Both the position numbers and the translations under genes were made by a program. Positions 37,401 through 51,134 of a stretch of 64,000 nucleotides of DNA are shown here, piece by piece. The stretch spans positions 62,001 to 126,000 of the forward strand of contig KE561209.1 of NCBI GenBank assembly GCA_000442015.1, written 5' to 3'. The notes beneath the pieces were generated by a model, which searched no databases, had not been told where the DNA came from, and saw only the letters and a program-made list of their open reading frames with translations. The DNA comes from Rozella allomycis CSF55 (Eukaryota). The stretch's first letter is position 1; every line of letters begins with the position of its first letter.

Positions 37401-40400
37401 CTTTGACATACATAAATATTCATTAATTTATATTTATTAATCAATTCATCATTCATTGTATTAAATGATTTAAGATTATCTTTTTTGCTTTTAGTTTCAT
37501 GACAAGTTTTAACAAGTAATTGAGTTGTTTCTTTACCAGTTTTATTCTTGAATGCCCCATTGAATAACAATTCAGTTGAATTTAATAAATCTGAATCAAA
37601 CATTTCATACATTTTCTGAATTAATTGAAAACAAATTCCTTTTAATCCCATTTCTTCTATTAAGTCTTGATTCAAATCATTTTTATTTTTATTTGTGACA
37701 TTTTCAATTATATAATTTATATTTTCAGAATAAAAAGAAGAAAGATTGTTTTTATTGCTTGAAGAGATGCAAGGGATTAATAGTAGATCAAAGACAGATA
37801 ATCTTAAATCAATTTCATGAGATTCATCTTTGATGACTTTAAACGTGATTGATAAAATATTGTTAGATTTGTTGAATGATTCAATAACGTTATTCATTTT
37901 ATCTCTTAAAGGATGATTCTTTTCTCTTGAAAATAATGGAATCATTAATTGGAATAAATCTACACTTGAACTTGATGAAACTAGATTTAATAAATTATTA
38001 ATAATTGAAATGTATTCTTCAAATTCAACAGAATCCTTTTTCAAATCAAATGAATTTAAAGATAATTTATAAACAATTAAATGAGAAAGTGAATTTAAAA
38101 CTGTTTTTGAATTTAATTTAATTAATAAATTTGCTAATGGGAATGAAATAAATCTATTTAAAGACNTGAAACTATTTAATGACTTTTTAATGATTGAATC
38201 AAAATATTCTTCAAAATAACTTTTCAATTCTTCAATTTTATTTGGATTTAATTCAACAAGATAATTTATAAATTCCAATTGCATCTCTAAACTAGATGAT
38301 TTAATAAANNNNNNNNNNNNNNNNNNNNNNNNNNNNNNNNNNNNNNNNNNNNAAAACACAAAAGTTTAAAACATTCAAAACATAAAATGACGCTTTAAAT
38401 TTGGTAAAACAAATAAAAAGTAATTTATCAATGTTTAAATAATCTAAATTTACAAAATCATTTTCTATTAAAATTTCAACCATTTTTTGTTCATCCAATT
38501 CAAATCCAAGTTTAATTAAAACATCAAAATTAATTAAATCTTTCCTTTTCATTTCAATAAATTTAAAAATAATTTCTTTATCAATTTGAATTAAATTTAA
38601 TCTATTTAAAATAATGTAAGAATTAAATAAATGTCTTGAATAAAACAAATCCATTGATTCTTCAATTAAAACAAAATTTTCTTTAATAATTTCATTCCAT
38701 TTTATTAAATTTATTGAATTTGAAATTTCATTAATCATTTTCATTAAATCTTTATTAATTTCTTGATATTTCAAATCAAATCCAAAATGACAGGGGTTAA
38801 ATAATAAAATAGAAAATAATTCACCCAATCTTTTATCATTAATCCATTTATTATAAATATTCTCATCTTTTAACATTGAAATTGAAAAGATAAACAATTT
38901 AATCAATAAAATACTTGAATCTTTATTAAACTGAATTGTTTCACTTTTAAAATATTTAAATAATTCATTAAAATTTAAATGCTTTGAATAAATTTCATCA
39001 AAATCTGTAATTGACATTAAATTTGAATCTATCAACCAACTAGAATATTCCAACACAGAAACATTATAATTAATCCAATCTCGGTTATTATCATTTACAT
39101 CATATTCAATGGATGGTGGTAAAATACCTATTAAATCATAATTCTCTTTAATAACACTCTTTGGATTCTGTAATGATTGTCTTGAATAATCATAATACAA
39201 TTCCATACAAATTCTTGAATAAATTCTCTCCCTTTTCAATGATTGAGAAAATAACCAATTCAACAATTCATTCAAATCTTTAAATCTTCTTCTACTCTCA
39301 TTCAAAGTATTAAACAATTCCTTTTTTGTTTTAATAATTCTAGTCAAATGATTTATAGCTTCTCTTGTAACTTTAACTGGAAATTGATCATTTTCAGACA
39401 TTCTAATAGAAATTAATAAATGTTCCAACAATTCAAATGTAAATTCATCAACTAATTCTTCTTGTTCTCTAAATAGTTTATAAATCTTATTCACACAAAT
39501 AGCTCCACCAAATCTTTTATAAACATTTGGATTAATCAACAAACTATAAATTCTCTTCAAAAGTGATTTTATATTAATCTTCTCACTAGATTGTTTAATA
39601 GAGTACTTTAAAAACTCTAAAATACATTCACCCCCAAATTCATTCAACGCTGTATTATCATTGGAACAAACTGAATCCAAACAACACTCAAGCAACAGAA
39701 TCGTTTCAACATTTTCATAGTTTGCATTCCTTGTAAATAAATGAATCAATTGAAATGTCAGTGGTTTAAACAATTGAACTGCTATTGGTTCAACATCAAC
39801 TGATAACTTTAATACAATAGGAAATATTCTTTTAAATATTTTACTAAATGAATTCTAAATCTAAACTAAATTAATTAAACTTACATTATCTTTAATTCCA
39901 TTCACATGCTTTCCAATAATAAAGATAATCAAAGCTTGAAGAAACTCACATGAAGCAACTTTAATTCTTCTCTGTGAAGATTCAAGCGCTAGTTTCACAA
40001 CCCTTGGAATAAAATCATCAAATATTAAATCTATATTGAAATCTTTAACTGGAAGTTTATATTTCAATCTACTTTCATTATCCCATGCAATTAAATTCTC
40101 AACATTAAAGTTATTCAACAAACTAATATTACAGCCTCCCAAACTACCAATAAACTTTATTATTCTTTCTTGCAATAATTCAACATCAACGCTTTCAATG
40201 TTTTCAATCTTCTCTTTAACATTTCCCACTGCATTAATCTCTTCCTTTTCAATTTTAATTAAATATGGATTAAACAAGTACAAAAACTCAGAAATTATAT
40301 TCTTCAATTCTTCCTTTTTGTTTGCCCATAAATCTTCCAATGTATCCATTGTAATTACAACCAGTGGTTTAAATGTCAATCCAATCTTTAATGCCAGTTG

Positions 40401-42604
40401 AAACGCTTCTGTTAACTCTTCAACTTTAATCAAATTCATTTTACAGCCAAAAAATAACAAATATAAACACGCACAAAGTAATTCATTCTTGTAATGTTTA
40501 ATCTTCAACTTTAATTCATTCAAAAACACTTTGATTAATTCAATCACATCTTTATTAACACTTTCAAATTGAATATCTTTAATAATCAAACTCAATATTT
40601 TATAATAACCAACAATTTCAAAGTTATCTTCAATCTTATTAATAAGAAATGTAACAAGTGCAAAATACCAATGATTTATTCTCAATGTTTTAACATTTGT
40701 AAAGAAGAGTAATAAAAATCTAACAAGATTATTAAAAATTATAAAATCTTTTGAAACTTTTAAATCTAATAAACTTATCAATTGCATAGAAGATTCAATA
40801 ATCTCATCATAAAAAATATCATTAAAATCATTTTCAACTTGAAAAATACTTTTAAAAATATAAATGTAATCTTCATAAGCATTAACTGAAATATCTTCAT
40901 AAACACTATTTGGTTCAATTTCATTACAACAACAAGTTAAACAATACAACACTCTATTTCACATTTACATTATCTTACTTGTCTTTTTCAAAAACAATTT
41001 CAATTGCTTCTTTTCAAACAACATCTTTAACAATCCTTGATACGAATAAATAACTGAATTTCTATTCCACTTTTGGATCCTCGGATAATTACAAAATAAA
41101 TATTTCGCAAAGTTATAAACTTGCTCCATAAATTTCTCATTTAAAACTTCAAACTCTTTGCCAATCAATGTAAACGCTTGAATAATTGATCCCAATTGAC
41201 TCAGAATTTGTTCATTCTCATTACTCTTCACACTAGAAAACATCCATCCACAATGAAACAATAAACTCTCCAACATTGATTCAAGTTCCTTCACTTTAAC
41301 AAATCTCTTACAAACACACGCAAAATACCCATAGCCTCTAATCCCCATCGCCAATGTTTTAATATTTCCTTGTCCATTCTTCATCAAATCTGAAAACTTT
41401 TCAATAAAAAACTTTTCAAAATATTTATGCTTATTTACCCAAAAACAATCTCTTCCAATCAAATCATCGCTCTTTTCACAAATCATTTTGGGAATCTCTT
41501 TCAAAAATGACTCCATTGCTTTCAATCCCAACTTTTCAATATCTTTGTTATTATGTTGACTCGTTTCCAAAAGTAATCCATAACAATTCCTATAATCTTT
41601 GACTAGAAACTCTTCAAATAAATTCACAATATTCATAAACAAACTCAGCGATTCTTCATCACAATAAATTANTCAAGGATTCTTCATCACAATAAATTGT
41701 TTCAATTACCTCTACATACATCGTATCTTTTCAAATTCTCTGGCGGCTTCATTGTCGCTTTAACACACAAATACAGCTTTTTAACCAAATCATTCACACC
41801 TTTCACAAACAATCTTTAAATTTACTCTCAATAAATCTACTTGACTCTTTCACTTTTAAAAATTCATTCATCCCTTTCAATGCTCCAGCCAACAACATCA
41901 ATTCAGTCTTTTTCTTTGTCTCAAACACCTCAAAGTAAACCACTTGCATAGCCATTTTCACAAACTGCACAATCTTCTTTTCATCCTTGATATGCTGGAA
42001 ATGTATCCCAACAATAGTCCCCAACAAACACAATATCGCGCCTTTCACAGCAGGCCGCAAATTCGTTTGCTGTCTCACATACTCCAACACAAATCTCTCA
42101 AACAATGCATTCACACCCAACCTCTCCTCAACACTACCATCCTCTCTTCTCATCACCAACAATGTTTGCACAAGATCCAACGCCGCCTTTTTCACCTTGG
42201 AATCTTTGTCCACCGTAAACAAGTACACACTCAGATCCTATCACACATCCACATTCCTCATACCTTTAAAAGAATATCATATTCACTTCCTACAAACTTT
42301 TCATGCTCAACCAACACGTACTGCAATACCTCCAGCAATACACCTCGGGTTGCCGCATCGTCGTTCTGCGCGACACTCTTCCTGATATATTCCAATATAC
42401 CTTTTTGATTGTCAAACATTAAAACTATCATCATTTCTGAAAATTACAGCAGATCTATTTACTAATGTCCTTTTCTTCGATTATATCAACTTGGACCATA
42501 TGACTTATTTCAGCAGCTACTAGCTTTGTATCGTTCTCTGTATACAGAGACTGGATACGATCGGATAATATTTGAATCGCACTTTCGCTTGATATTAAAA
42601 CCAT
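31493..42604 (-). CDS. PRKDC: DNA-dependent protein kinase catalytic subunit, about 14 tiny introns, two N gaps
   Basis: FATC DIAADPNILARSWTGWQAWI*, kinase GIGDRHLDNF / GIDFGHAFGSATQ / KTGEDLRLDQR, RSYRTGELPDIQIKHSELLIPLQ, RRIKVASCEFL, FREQEELVDEF. Confidence 0.95.
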
Positions 42605-43084
42605 AAATTTTGAATATCAGGTTGTGTCCCTAACAGAAAATTCCTAAAATTTGACATTACACATTTCGTCGAACACATCAGGGCATTTTTTCATCCAGAT
42701 CAAAAGAATTGTTTTGTTTCACTGTTTCTTACATTCTTCATGCATCGAAGAATGCTTTACATTATGATTGTCAATCCATCTACTTGCTATGAAATTGGGG
42801 AAATGCATAAATTACGAAAGAATTTAAAATTTGTCCCATCTAATCACCAATTTACAAAGTTAATTGATGAGTAATTCTGAGTTTAACTGAAAAAACTATA
42901 TAGTTCAATATTACTTAATGAATTAATGCTTGAAAATTAATAAATTAATGAATTTGTCAGTAATCAATAATATTTCAAAAATAATTTTTATATATTTTAA
43001 ATATTTTTTGAAGGTTGGACAAGCCACCCTAGAAATCTCACACTTTAAAAACCTTCTAAGGTTTCTAGCCCCCATACCCTGGTA

Positions 43085-45864
43085 ATGAGTTCGATAGAAG
43101 AATTAGTGGACAGCAATATTCAAGTGCTAGAAAACCAACTGGAAGAGCTGAAAAATCAACCAAAATACAAAGAATTNCAAGTCCTGGAACATCAACTGGA
43201 AGAGCTGAAAAACCAAATAGTTGAGCTGGAAAATCAACCAAAATACAAAGAATTACTTGCTAGATTTAATCGGGGAGATATGACTGTTTTAGCTGATGCT
43301 GCTTGGCAGAGTTATCAAAAGAAGGAAGAGCAGTTACGAGAGCAGAAAAACATGCTCTTAAAGACGAAACAGCAGTTACGAGAGGAGAACAAACATATTC
43401 GACAACAAACGGACGTGGAATATGAAAAGTTTGACGGGTCCAAGTATTCGCTAAGGTTTCCATTTTTTCAAGATAACGGAGCGAAGTATCTTGGAGTGAT
43501 AGGGCGGGAGAAACAGTTTCAAGAAATCAACAAGGCTGTAGATAACAACATAACCGCGCCAAAGTACTCACCCATGATAATAACGGGAAGTCGTGGCATT
43601 GGGAAAACCTTTTTACTGAAGAAGATAGGGATGCAAGATAATCGTAACCTCGCTAATGAGAAGCTTACGCGATCTAAAGAATGTGGCCGAATAATATCAT
43701 ATGACTGTACTTGTTATCCGGTGCAAACAAAAATCTCGGAAAAATTTATTAAATCGTTGGACCTTTTCTTTCCTTGCCTTATGATCTATTTCTTGTGTGA
43801 TATGTTTAACGAGCGACAGGTTGATGGCATTAGCTTCTTCAAAGTTGCTGATGTAGAACGTGTTTTAACTCATCAAGGAAAACAAAGCAAATTTAACGAG
43901 TGGATAGAAACAATGAGGAAAAGTTCAGTTGACGATGTTGCGGCAGAGTATATCCGATTGACCAATATTGCTTTTGGTGTCAAGTACGATAATTCCGAGG
44001 CGCCACTTGTTATTCTTTTAGATGAAATGCAGTATTGGGGCATAGAAATCAACGTTCATTCCAACTTTGAGGGGAAAAGCCACACAATTCTCAGTTATCT
44101 CCTTTACAAGCTTTTCCGGTGTCGGCCGGTGTGCATTTGCACCGGAACGCACAATGGCAATATATTTGAGATCACAAAAAAGTCTGTTATAGTGCCAACA
44201 TCTATTGATATTCAAGTATTCAGTGAAGAAGAATGTAAATTATATTGGCGGAAGATGACTAAGCATTGGATGAAGGAGAATAAGAAGGAACACAAGAACG
44301 AAAAGAAGATTGAGTATTCTGTAGATGATGTAGATGTAATAGAATTGATCTATGCTTCGTACAGAATCCCTCGCTTATTGTATCTGGCGACACTTGAATG
44401 GTTTCAAGGAAAATGTGATAGATCAGAAACAGAAATTGTTCTTCAATCATTTAAGGAAGCTGCAAGAAAATATTACACTGAATTGTTCAATTTCGTGATT
44501 TCTGATGATCTTTTTTCTGTGGCGGAAATCGTACAAGTTATACTCCACTGCTCTGTCTGCATAGAGCTGGATTTGGACTCCATGGTTCCAGGATCAAACC
44601 GTTGGAAGTGGAAAGATTTAGTGCACAAATCCATCATATTTCCGGCGAATAATTCTAATACTTATCTCTTGCCGTTTACATACATTTGGAACAATGCCAA
44701 CGGTGCCATNCGAAAGACAAGGAGATCAAGAAGGACAAAAAAGATAAGGAGCATACGAAAGACAAGAAAGACAAGAAGAGCAAAAAGAAGAACAAGGAGA
44801 TTGAGTATTCTGTAGATGATGTAGATGTAATAGAATTGATCTATGCTTCGTACAGAATCCCTCGCTTATTGTATCTGGCGACACTTGAATGGTTTCAAGG
44901 AAAATGTGATAGATCAGAAACAGAAATTGTTCTTCAATCATTTAAGGAAGCTGCAAGAAAATATTACACTGAATTGTTCAATTTCGTGATTTCTGATGAT
45001 CTTTTTTCTGTGGCGGAAATCGTACAAGTTATACTCCACTGCTCTGTCTGCATAGAGCTGGATTTGGACTCCATGGTTCCAGGATCAAACCGTTGGAAGT
45101 GGAAAGATTTAGTGCACAAATCCATCATATTTCCGGCGAATAATTCTAATACTTATCTCTTGCCGTTTACATACATTTGGAACAATGCCAACGGTGCCAT
45201 GCGTCGGAGAAAAAAGGAAATTAGAAATCATATCCATCAATTGATTCCTGGCTTAGTTTTAGAAGATCTCGTCTTTGATTTCCAAAAGTATTACAATGCT
45301 GACCCTGAAAAAATTGGCGATATCTTTGAAAATTTAATTGTGTCGTCTACCGCAGTGAAGATTTACCTGTCTACTATTAAATCTCTATTTGGAGTCTTTG
45401 GCTGTGATTATGCGATATTGGGCAGATTTTCTGCTAGAAACATCAATGGAATCGAACGACCTCCGACAGCAGTATTTGTTGATGCTTGTCCAGACAACAA
45501 AATTACACATAACATTCACGCTACCGCAGCTCATCATAACTTCGTATTGCAAACGTTGCACAAAGATGAAAGAGGACATGAACATCAGGTTGCGGTTGCT
45601 TGTTCAATGATAGCCACTCCCTCGGCAGCGTCCGTCGTTTCTCAAATGAAAATTAGTAAACAGTCACAAAAAGAAGTAGATCTCTTGCTATGGATTCTCG
45701 AGGATAATGAACATCAATTACTTGAATCAAATGCAGTTGTGTCTACTTATGTCTCTCAAGGTCGTTTATTGTTTATCAACCCGGACAAATGCTGCAATCG
45801 TATGGCGCTCGATCTTATCTCTCTGTCCAAGAAGGTTAACTCAAGAAAACGTCCCCTTGAATAA
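43085..45864 (+). CDS. Crinkler/RHS-type effector candidate: coiled coil, P-loop NTPase and degenerate REase-like C-terminus (assembly-duplicated)
   Basis: Walker A GSRGIGKT, Walker B LVILLDE, RIPRLL, IGDIFE..., AHHN. Intronless. A 403-bp block is duplicated across the N at 44710. Confidence 0.6.
44307..45200 (+). repeat. 403-bp direct duplication (44307-44709 = 44798-45200)
   Basis: Identical by eye; separated by a single N and an alternative Lys-rich segment. Confidence 0.9.
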
Positions 45865-47140
45865 ACAGACTTCATGTTTCATAAATATATAGAGTTGTTG
45901 TTAATTTTAATTTTGCACGAAAGATCCCCATGTGAACACTGAATTCCAACATGTTTCATGTTTCTAACCAAGAAATATGGAATTGAATAACACGTGATTT
46001 NCCTCATTCTTTTCAAACCTGAGAGGCTGAGCAACCTCATCACATGTGACGGTATTATTGGCATTTGAAACATTTCACTTTTTTAGTGACTAACAATATT
46101 TTGAATAGAAAGGAATTACGAAAGCGATTTTTTCAAAGTTCTTGCAAAATATGAATTGGACTGCAGTGAGCACGGGTCAGGAATCAAATATATCAAATTT
46201 TATGATGTTGTTATGAATTACGTTTAAAACTATTGTTTATTGATTTCATATCTCACTTCATATTTAAAGAACAATTTCTATACATTCCAGATTGCGCTAG
46301 ATGCTANTGGCTTCTGCTAGAACTTTGCCGGAGATCTTATAGAGAATGATTTTATGTTCGAGTGATTGTCTTACAAATCATTTACAGAATAAATAAGGTC
46401 TAATTTCTAANAAATGTTGCTGTCATCAAACTTTATGTAACCATCATAAGATCCGGTATGTTTATTGTAGGTTAAACTAAGATCCGAATTATTCAATCCT
46501 CCCACAGACCCTGAGAAAAATATGAAATTTTTATTGCTAGTGAAAATGTGATTCCTTTTCATAAACAGAGCGTACTTCTCTGGGTTACTTTGTTATAGAT
46601 ATTAACATTTGAATGTACTTATCAGTATTTTTCATAGTCAAATCAGCTGTCCATTTATCTAAAGTTTGTTCATTTGGAGCAGTAATTTGTATGTTCAAGT
46701 GTCTTGGTTCCATTTCATTGATTTCATCATTTGAATCAAATTTATATTTTCTTACTTAATACACCAGGCGATGCGGTCGTGACATACACAAATATGACAA
46801 AGATCAGAAAGACAGAAAACATAATTGTTGATGTTTACCTCGATCTATTCCAACAAACTTTTGATGCCTAGTCTATTCCATAATGCTGAACTAAAAATGT
46901 TTGTGAATAGTTCGTGAATAAAATAACAATCATTTTAGTGAGTTCCTTTTCGTGCAAAGAGTAAGGAGCAAAGCCACGCCCACCTTGGCCTTCCGCAACC
47001 GAGACGGCCTAAAGGAAAGGTATGGCTTAATCTCCATATCTGGTCTTGTCTCGCACAATGACATCATATAGATGTTTGGTTGATGCGACCGGAACCCTCT
47101 CGTAAATAAATTTTCATTTCATTTCAAAGCCACGCCCACG

Positions 47141-47385
47141 ATGAATGAAAAACATTGGAAGGGATATTACTAGTCTAAATCAATTAAGTTATGCGCCAAA
47201 GCAAATGCATACTTTCGAAAAGAGCAAGTCGAAAAGTCAGGCAAGAAATTCCAGCTTCAAGATTATGAAAATGCTTTAAAAGAATTTACAAAACCTATTC
47301 AGCTGATATGAATCATATTTTGTATGATTGTAGAGCCGAAGTTTTCGAGCGTTTAAAAGATTAAGAGACAGCGAAAGCAGTGCTT
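47141..47385 (+). pseudogene. TPR-repeat gene remnant
   Basis: HWKGYY*, then KFQLQDYENALKEFTKPIQL / NHILYDCRAEVFERLKD*ETAK; contains stops and a frameshift. Confidence 0.55.
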
Positions 47386-47600
47386 TGAACACAATAAAAT
47401 ACCTCACCTGTGGTTTTCACTATTTCTTTTCGTGTGCCATCTTTAACACAATATGTATTATGAATAATTTAATAATTTTGAAACCAGTAAAATTCGTCTT
47501 TAGACATTGACATTAATAATCGCCTTGAATCTATCAAACTCTTTAATATACGCAACAAGGNGAAAGTTGAATATTTTCAAACAAAATTAGGATGCTTAGG

Positions 47601-48189
47601 TGTCGTACCAGGGATTCTCATTCCATATTTCATAGAGGGATTCTCATAGTCATCCCACACATCTTAGAATAATTATCAAAGAGAGGAGTCGACATCATTT
47701 GCTTGTGATTATTGAGCTCTAAATCCTACTTTACAGCATGNGTTTTCATTCAATCCTTCAAATGCCTTCACTATAGCGCAACCATTGGGCACGGCGTGAA
47801 ATTCTTAAGAAGATTTTTAGAAGGTTCCGTAAAAATTTCAGCCTCANAAGCCTCGAGATGAAATGCACCACCACAATCAAATAGTCGCGCCTTAGAGTAT
47901 CTCAGGAGATTGTGTTCAGACAGTCCGTTTGCTAAAACCAAAATACAGCTTGTTTGTCTCTCGAAGCTTCGTATAATTTATTATAGCTTATTAGCTCGGC
48001 CATAACTAATTGAAGAGGAAGATAATGGCCATGATGAGCAACTGCTGAAAATCGGGGATTTTTGGTGCATGTGGACTGTNTTCTTTGAGAGTTGTGACTC
48101 CTCTCTTTAATAATTATTATAAGAAGGGTGGGATGAGAATCCCTCTATGAATTGGTATGAGAATTCCTGGTACGACATTACCCCCTTCC
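47601..48189. mobile_element. Two inverted copies of an LTR-like terminus (47601-47690 +, 48096-48177 -); the minus copy is preceded by a polypurine tract
   Basis: Both start TGTCGTACCAGG(G/A)ATTCTCAT and align to ...AAAGAGAGGAGTC. GGAAGGGGGTAA lies immediately 5' of the minus copy. Confidence 0.6.
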
Positions 48190-48277
48190 AGTAGCTGGAG
48201 GCGTTTNTTTTTACGCCTGTCGTTGTTATTTTTTCACCCAAAGGAAATTGTAAATAAATCTATTATGCAATCTATAT

Positions 48278-48865
48278 TTATTTGAAAAATATTCGTTCTA
48301 AATTCTTCTTACGAGTAGGAGCTCTACAAACAGGACATTCTAAGTAAAATTGAATAATGATGGATACCGCACTTTTGTTCTAACCATTGAATCCAGCATT
48401 TATCACAGCACTTGTGAGAACAAGGAGCTTTGGCCGGACTAGATGGTTTATTGTGACAAATGGGACAAACATCAATATTAGAATTGTTATTATAGTCTAT
48501 ATTTTCATCCGAATTTAAATCAATAACAGGAACTTGTTTTGGTTTTAATCTTGCGACAACTGGCTCTATCTTTATGCTTGTTTTTCCAATAAACTTTTCG
48601 TCTAGCTTTTTACGAGATTCAATTGAGCAACATGTAATGAATTTAGATTTAAGAGTGGATGGAAGTTGATTGGAAAAGGCTTCCTTGATTGTTGGATAAT
48701 TTTGAAACAATTCGTGGAGATTCTTGAAAACAGTATCTACTGGCAATCGTTTATTTTTCAATGATGACATTAACATTTGGTATGATTGATAATCATTGGT
48801 GCTTAAGGATGATTTAACCAATTTGGAAAATATTTGACCTTTTGTCTGTTGAGATTGAACTTGTT
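48278..48865 (-). CDS. 5'-truncated protein with harmonin-N/PAH-like helical domain and C3HC4 RING (RTEL1-like C-terminus?)
   Basis: FSKLVKSSLSTNDYQSY...LHELF...FSNQLP; CPIC...CSHKCCDKCW...ECPVCR after a 28-nt intron; cut at N 48866. Confidence 0.6.
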
Positions 48866-49207
48866 NAGCAACCAATTCCAACATTTAACCATAATTGATG
48901 ATTGGCATATTTATTAATATTATACAGTATGTCGCTCCATGCGCTCATAGAATCTTAATCCTCGTAAATTGGATAATNAATCGGTGATATGTATATGTGA
49001 GATATGTTACATTCCTGTATGTTGCTATGATTACTATGGTTGTATAGATCAACGCATTAATATATATCTGAAAATAGATATCTTTTATACTTTAATACAA
49101 AAAGAATTCTTCTGCTTGCGAAAAAATCATGTGTCGATTTTCATCGCAAAATATTCTTTTCTGGTAAACTCATAAATGAAGTTGATGTTTATTTTAGTAT
49201 TTACTAT

Positions 49208-51107
49208 TTAGTATCGGTATCCAATCTCGTCCCAAAATTCACATGATCTTCTCTTCCAATGGGACTCAGAATGAATGGGAAAAGATATGTCAATGTAATG
49301 CTCGTCATCTTCTGTGTATACTGGCCATGTTACATCCGCTTCATCATCGAATTTTGTTATATTTCCATATGCAAAGGCCGCAAATTTATTGGCAAAAAAC
49401 CTTGCGAAATATCCCCGATGTTGACTTGCTAATAATCTTGAAACCTTATTAAGGTAGTTTTTAAACTTTACCCACACTGGGACTCTGCTAGCTGCCGCTG
49501 AGACCAATCGAGTGAATGGACTTAAGAAAGAATGCATAGAATTGGCATCAAAGCTAGGAAAGGTATCAAAAACATATGGAAGTTCTACTGAATGACACAC
49601 TCTGTTTTTGCTACACGGGCCTTGGAAAAATTCTATATTCTATTTTACCTATGAATATATAACCAGGAACGTGATTGAAAACATATTGGTATACTGGTAA
49701 ATTTTCTCGTGTAAACATTTTTGCAACATGCCGCGAAGAGCATGTTACTCCATAAAGAGTGGTTATTGTCATTGCGGAGTGGAAATTGGTGTTGTGGTCA
49801 TCTGTCGCGGGGTATCTTCTTAAAACCTTGTCTTGATTCAACATTGTATATTACTTGTTCTGCCTTTTCTCTAAATATTCTAGAAAGGAGCGAGATATAC
49901 ATATCTTTCGAGAACTGCTTGGAAGGAACATGATATATGAATTGGAAAAGAGATGTCACTATTTCGATTCCATGGGATTCGTCCCGCGTTGTACCAATTA
50001 TCAACGGCACTTTTTCAAATTTCCCTTGTTCTATTAATTCCATCGCGGAACCGAATATGTTCTCATAATCAATAGTAGGTGTCCACTATTCAATGTTTAA
50101 AATCTATGGTACCAGAAGTATGTTATTTATGGAGTCTACCTGATCTGTCAAAAGTCCTTGCTTGGATAGCAAACCTAATGTTGACACTTTCTGTAAACAA
50201 GAAGTCCTCGTTTTAATGTCAGAACATCCTAATTCTATATTTTAAATGTAATATTCATTTACTCTCGGCAAATTTGACCCCATTTCTAATAGCCTCATCT
50301 TTTTCTTTAGATAGTGATGTAATTGGCGCGCTCATCAATATAGCTTTTGAGCAAAGACCGTGACTAGCTCGTGAGGTCAAATGTAACTATTCCATCAAGC
50401 AAAAAAATACATTACTGCTATTGACCATGCGCCAGCGGATTGACCGTAGCACGTTATTTGATTAGGATCACCCCCAAAAAATTCGATATTTTCTTTCACC
50501 CACTGCATTGCCATTCTTTGATCTTGAATAGCGTAATTTCCTTTCAATTCTTCCGTAGTTAAAAAGCCAAAAACCCCAACCCTGTAATTAAATGTTACGA
50601 CAATCACATTCTGTTTTGAAACAGTTGGTGTACCATCATATAGTCCATAGATATTCCCACCGCCCATAACAAAGGCGCCTATTCCCCGTAAATGAATATA
50701 ATACCTCCGAAAAACCAAAGTAGCACAGGAAGACTTTGGTTTTGTCTTGGATAGGCAGGCGCGTAAACATTCAAATATAAGCAGTTTTCAGAGTACAATG
50801 TGAACGACAATTGTGGACAAACATAGCTGTACTTTTGAGTGGGACGTATTCCTTCCCAGGGGGCTTTAGGAATGGGTGCCTGAAAACGCCTACTTTCAAT
50901 TGGAGGCTCAGCAAATGGTACTCTTGATTACATAGAAAAAGAAAAGAGGTACCCTAGAAATTGCCTAGTAAGACCATTTGGCGACAATTTCCCTTTCACC
51001 GCACCATATTTTGTGTTTACGACGAGGCCTTCAGTGTTATTAAAGCTACCCGTCGGTACACAACTAAAAAGCGGTAAGGTCAATTGTATCACCAATGAGA
51101 TCTTCAT
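49208..51107 (-). CDS. Secreted type-B carboxylesterase, about 7 introns
   Basis: Signal peptide, FLGVPFAEPP, SENCLYLNVY, GQSAG nucleophile, GTTRDE, CHSVELPYVF. Confidence 0.92.
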
Positions 51108-51134
51108 TAAAACCAGTGGCTTGTACGTACGTGT

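Noticed and set aside
41650-41698. 21-bp direct repeat inside DNA-PKcs
   Set aside because: Flanks a single N (41672); contig-overlap artefact.
43120-43256. Duplicated coiled-coil segment as a real repeat
   Set aside because: Interrupted by N at 43177; copy number unreliable.
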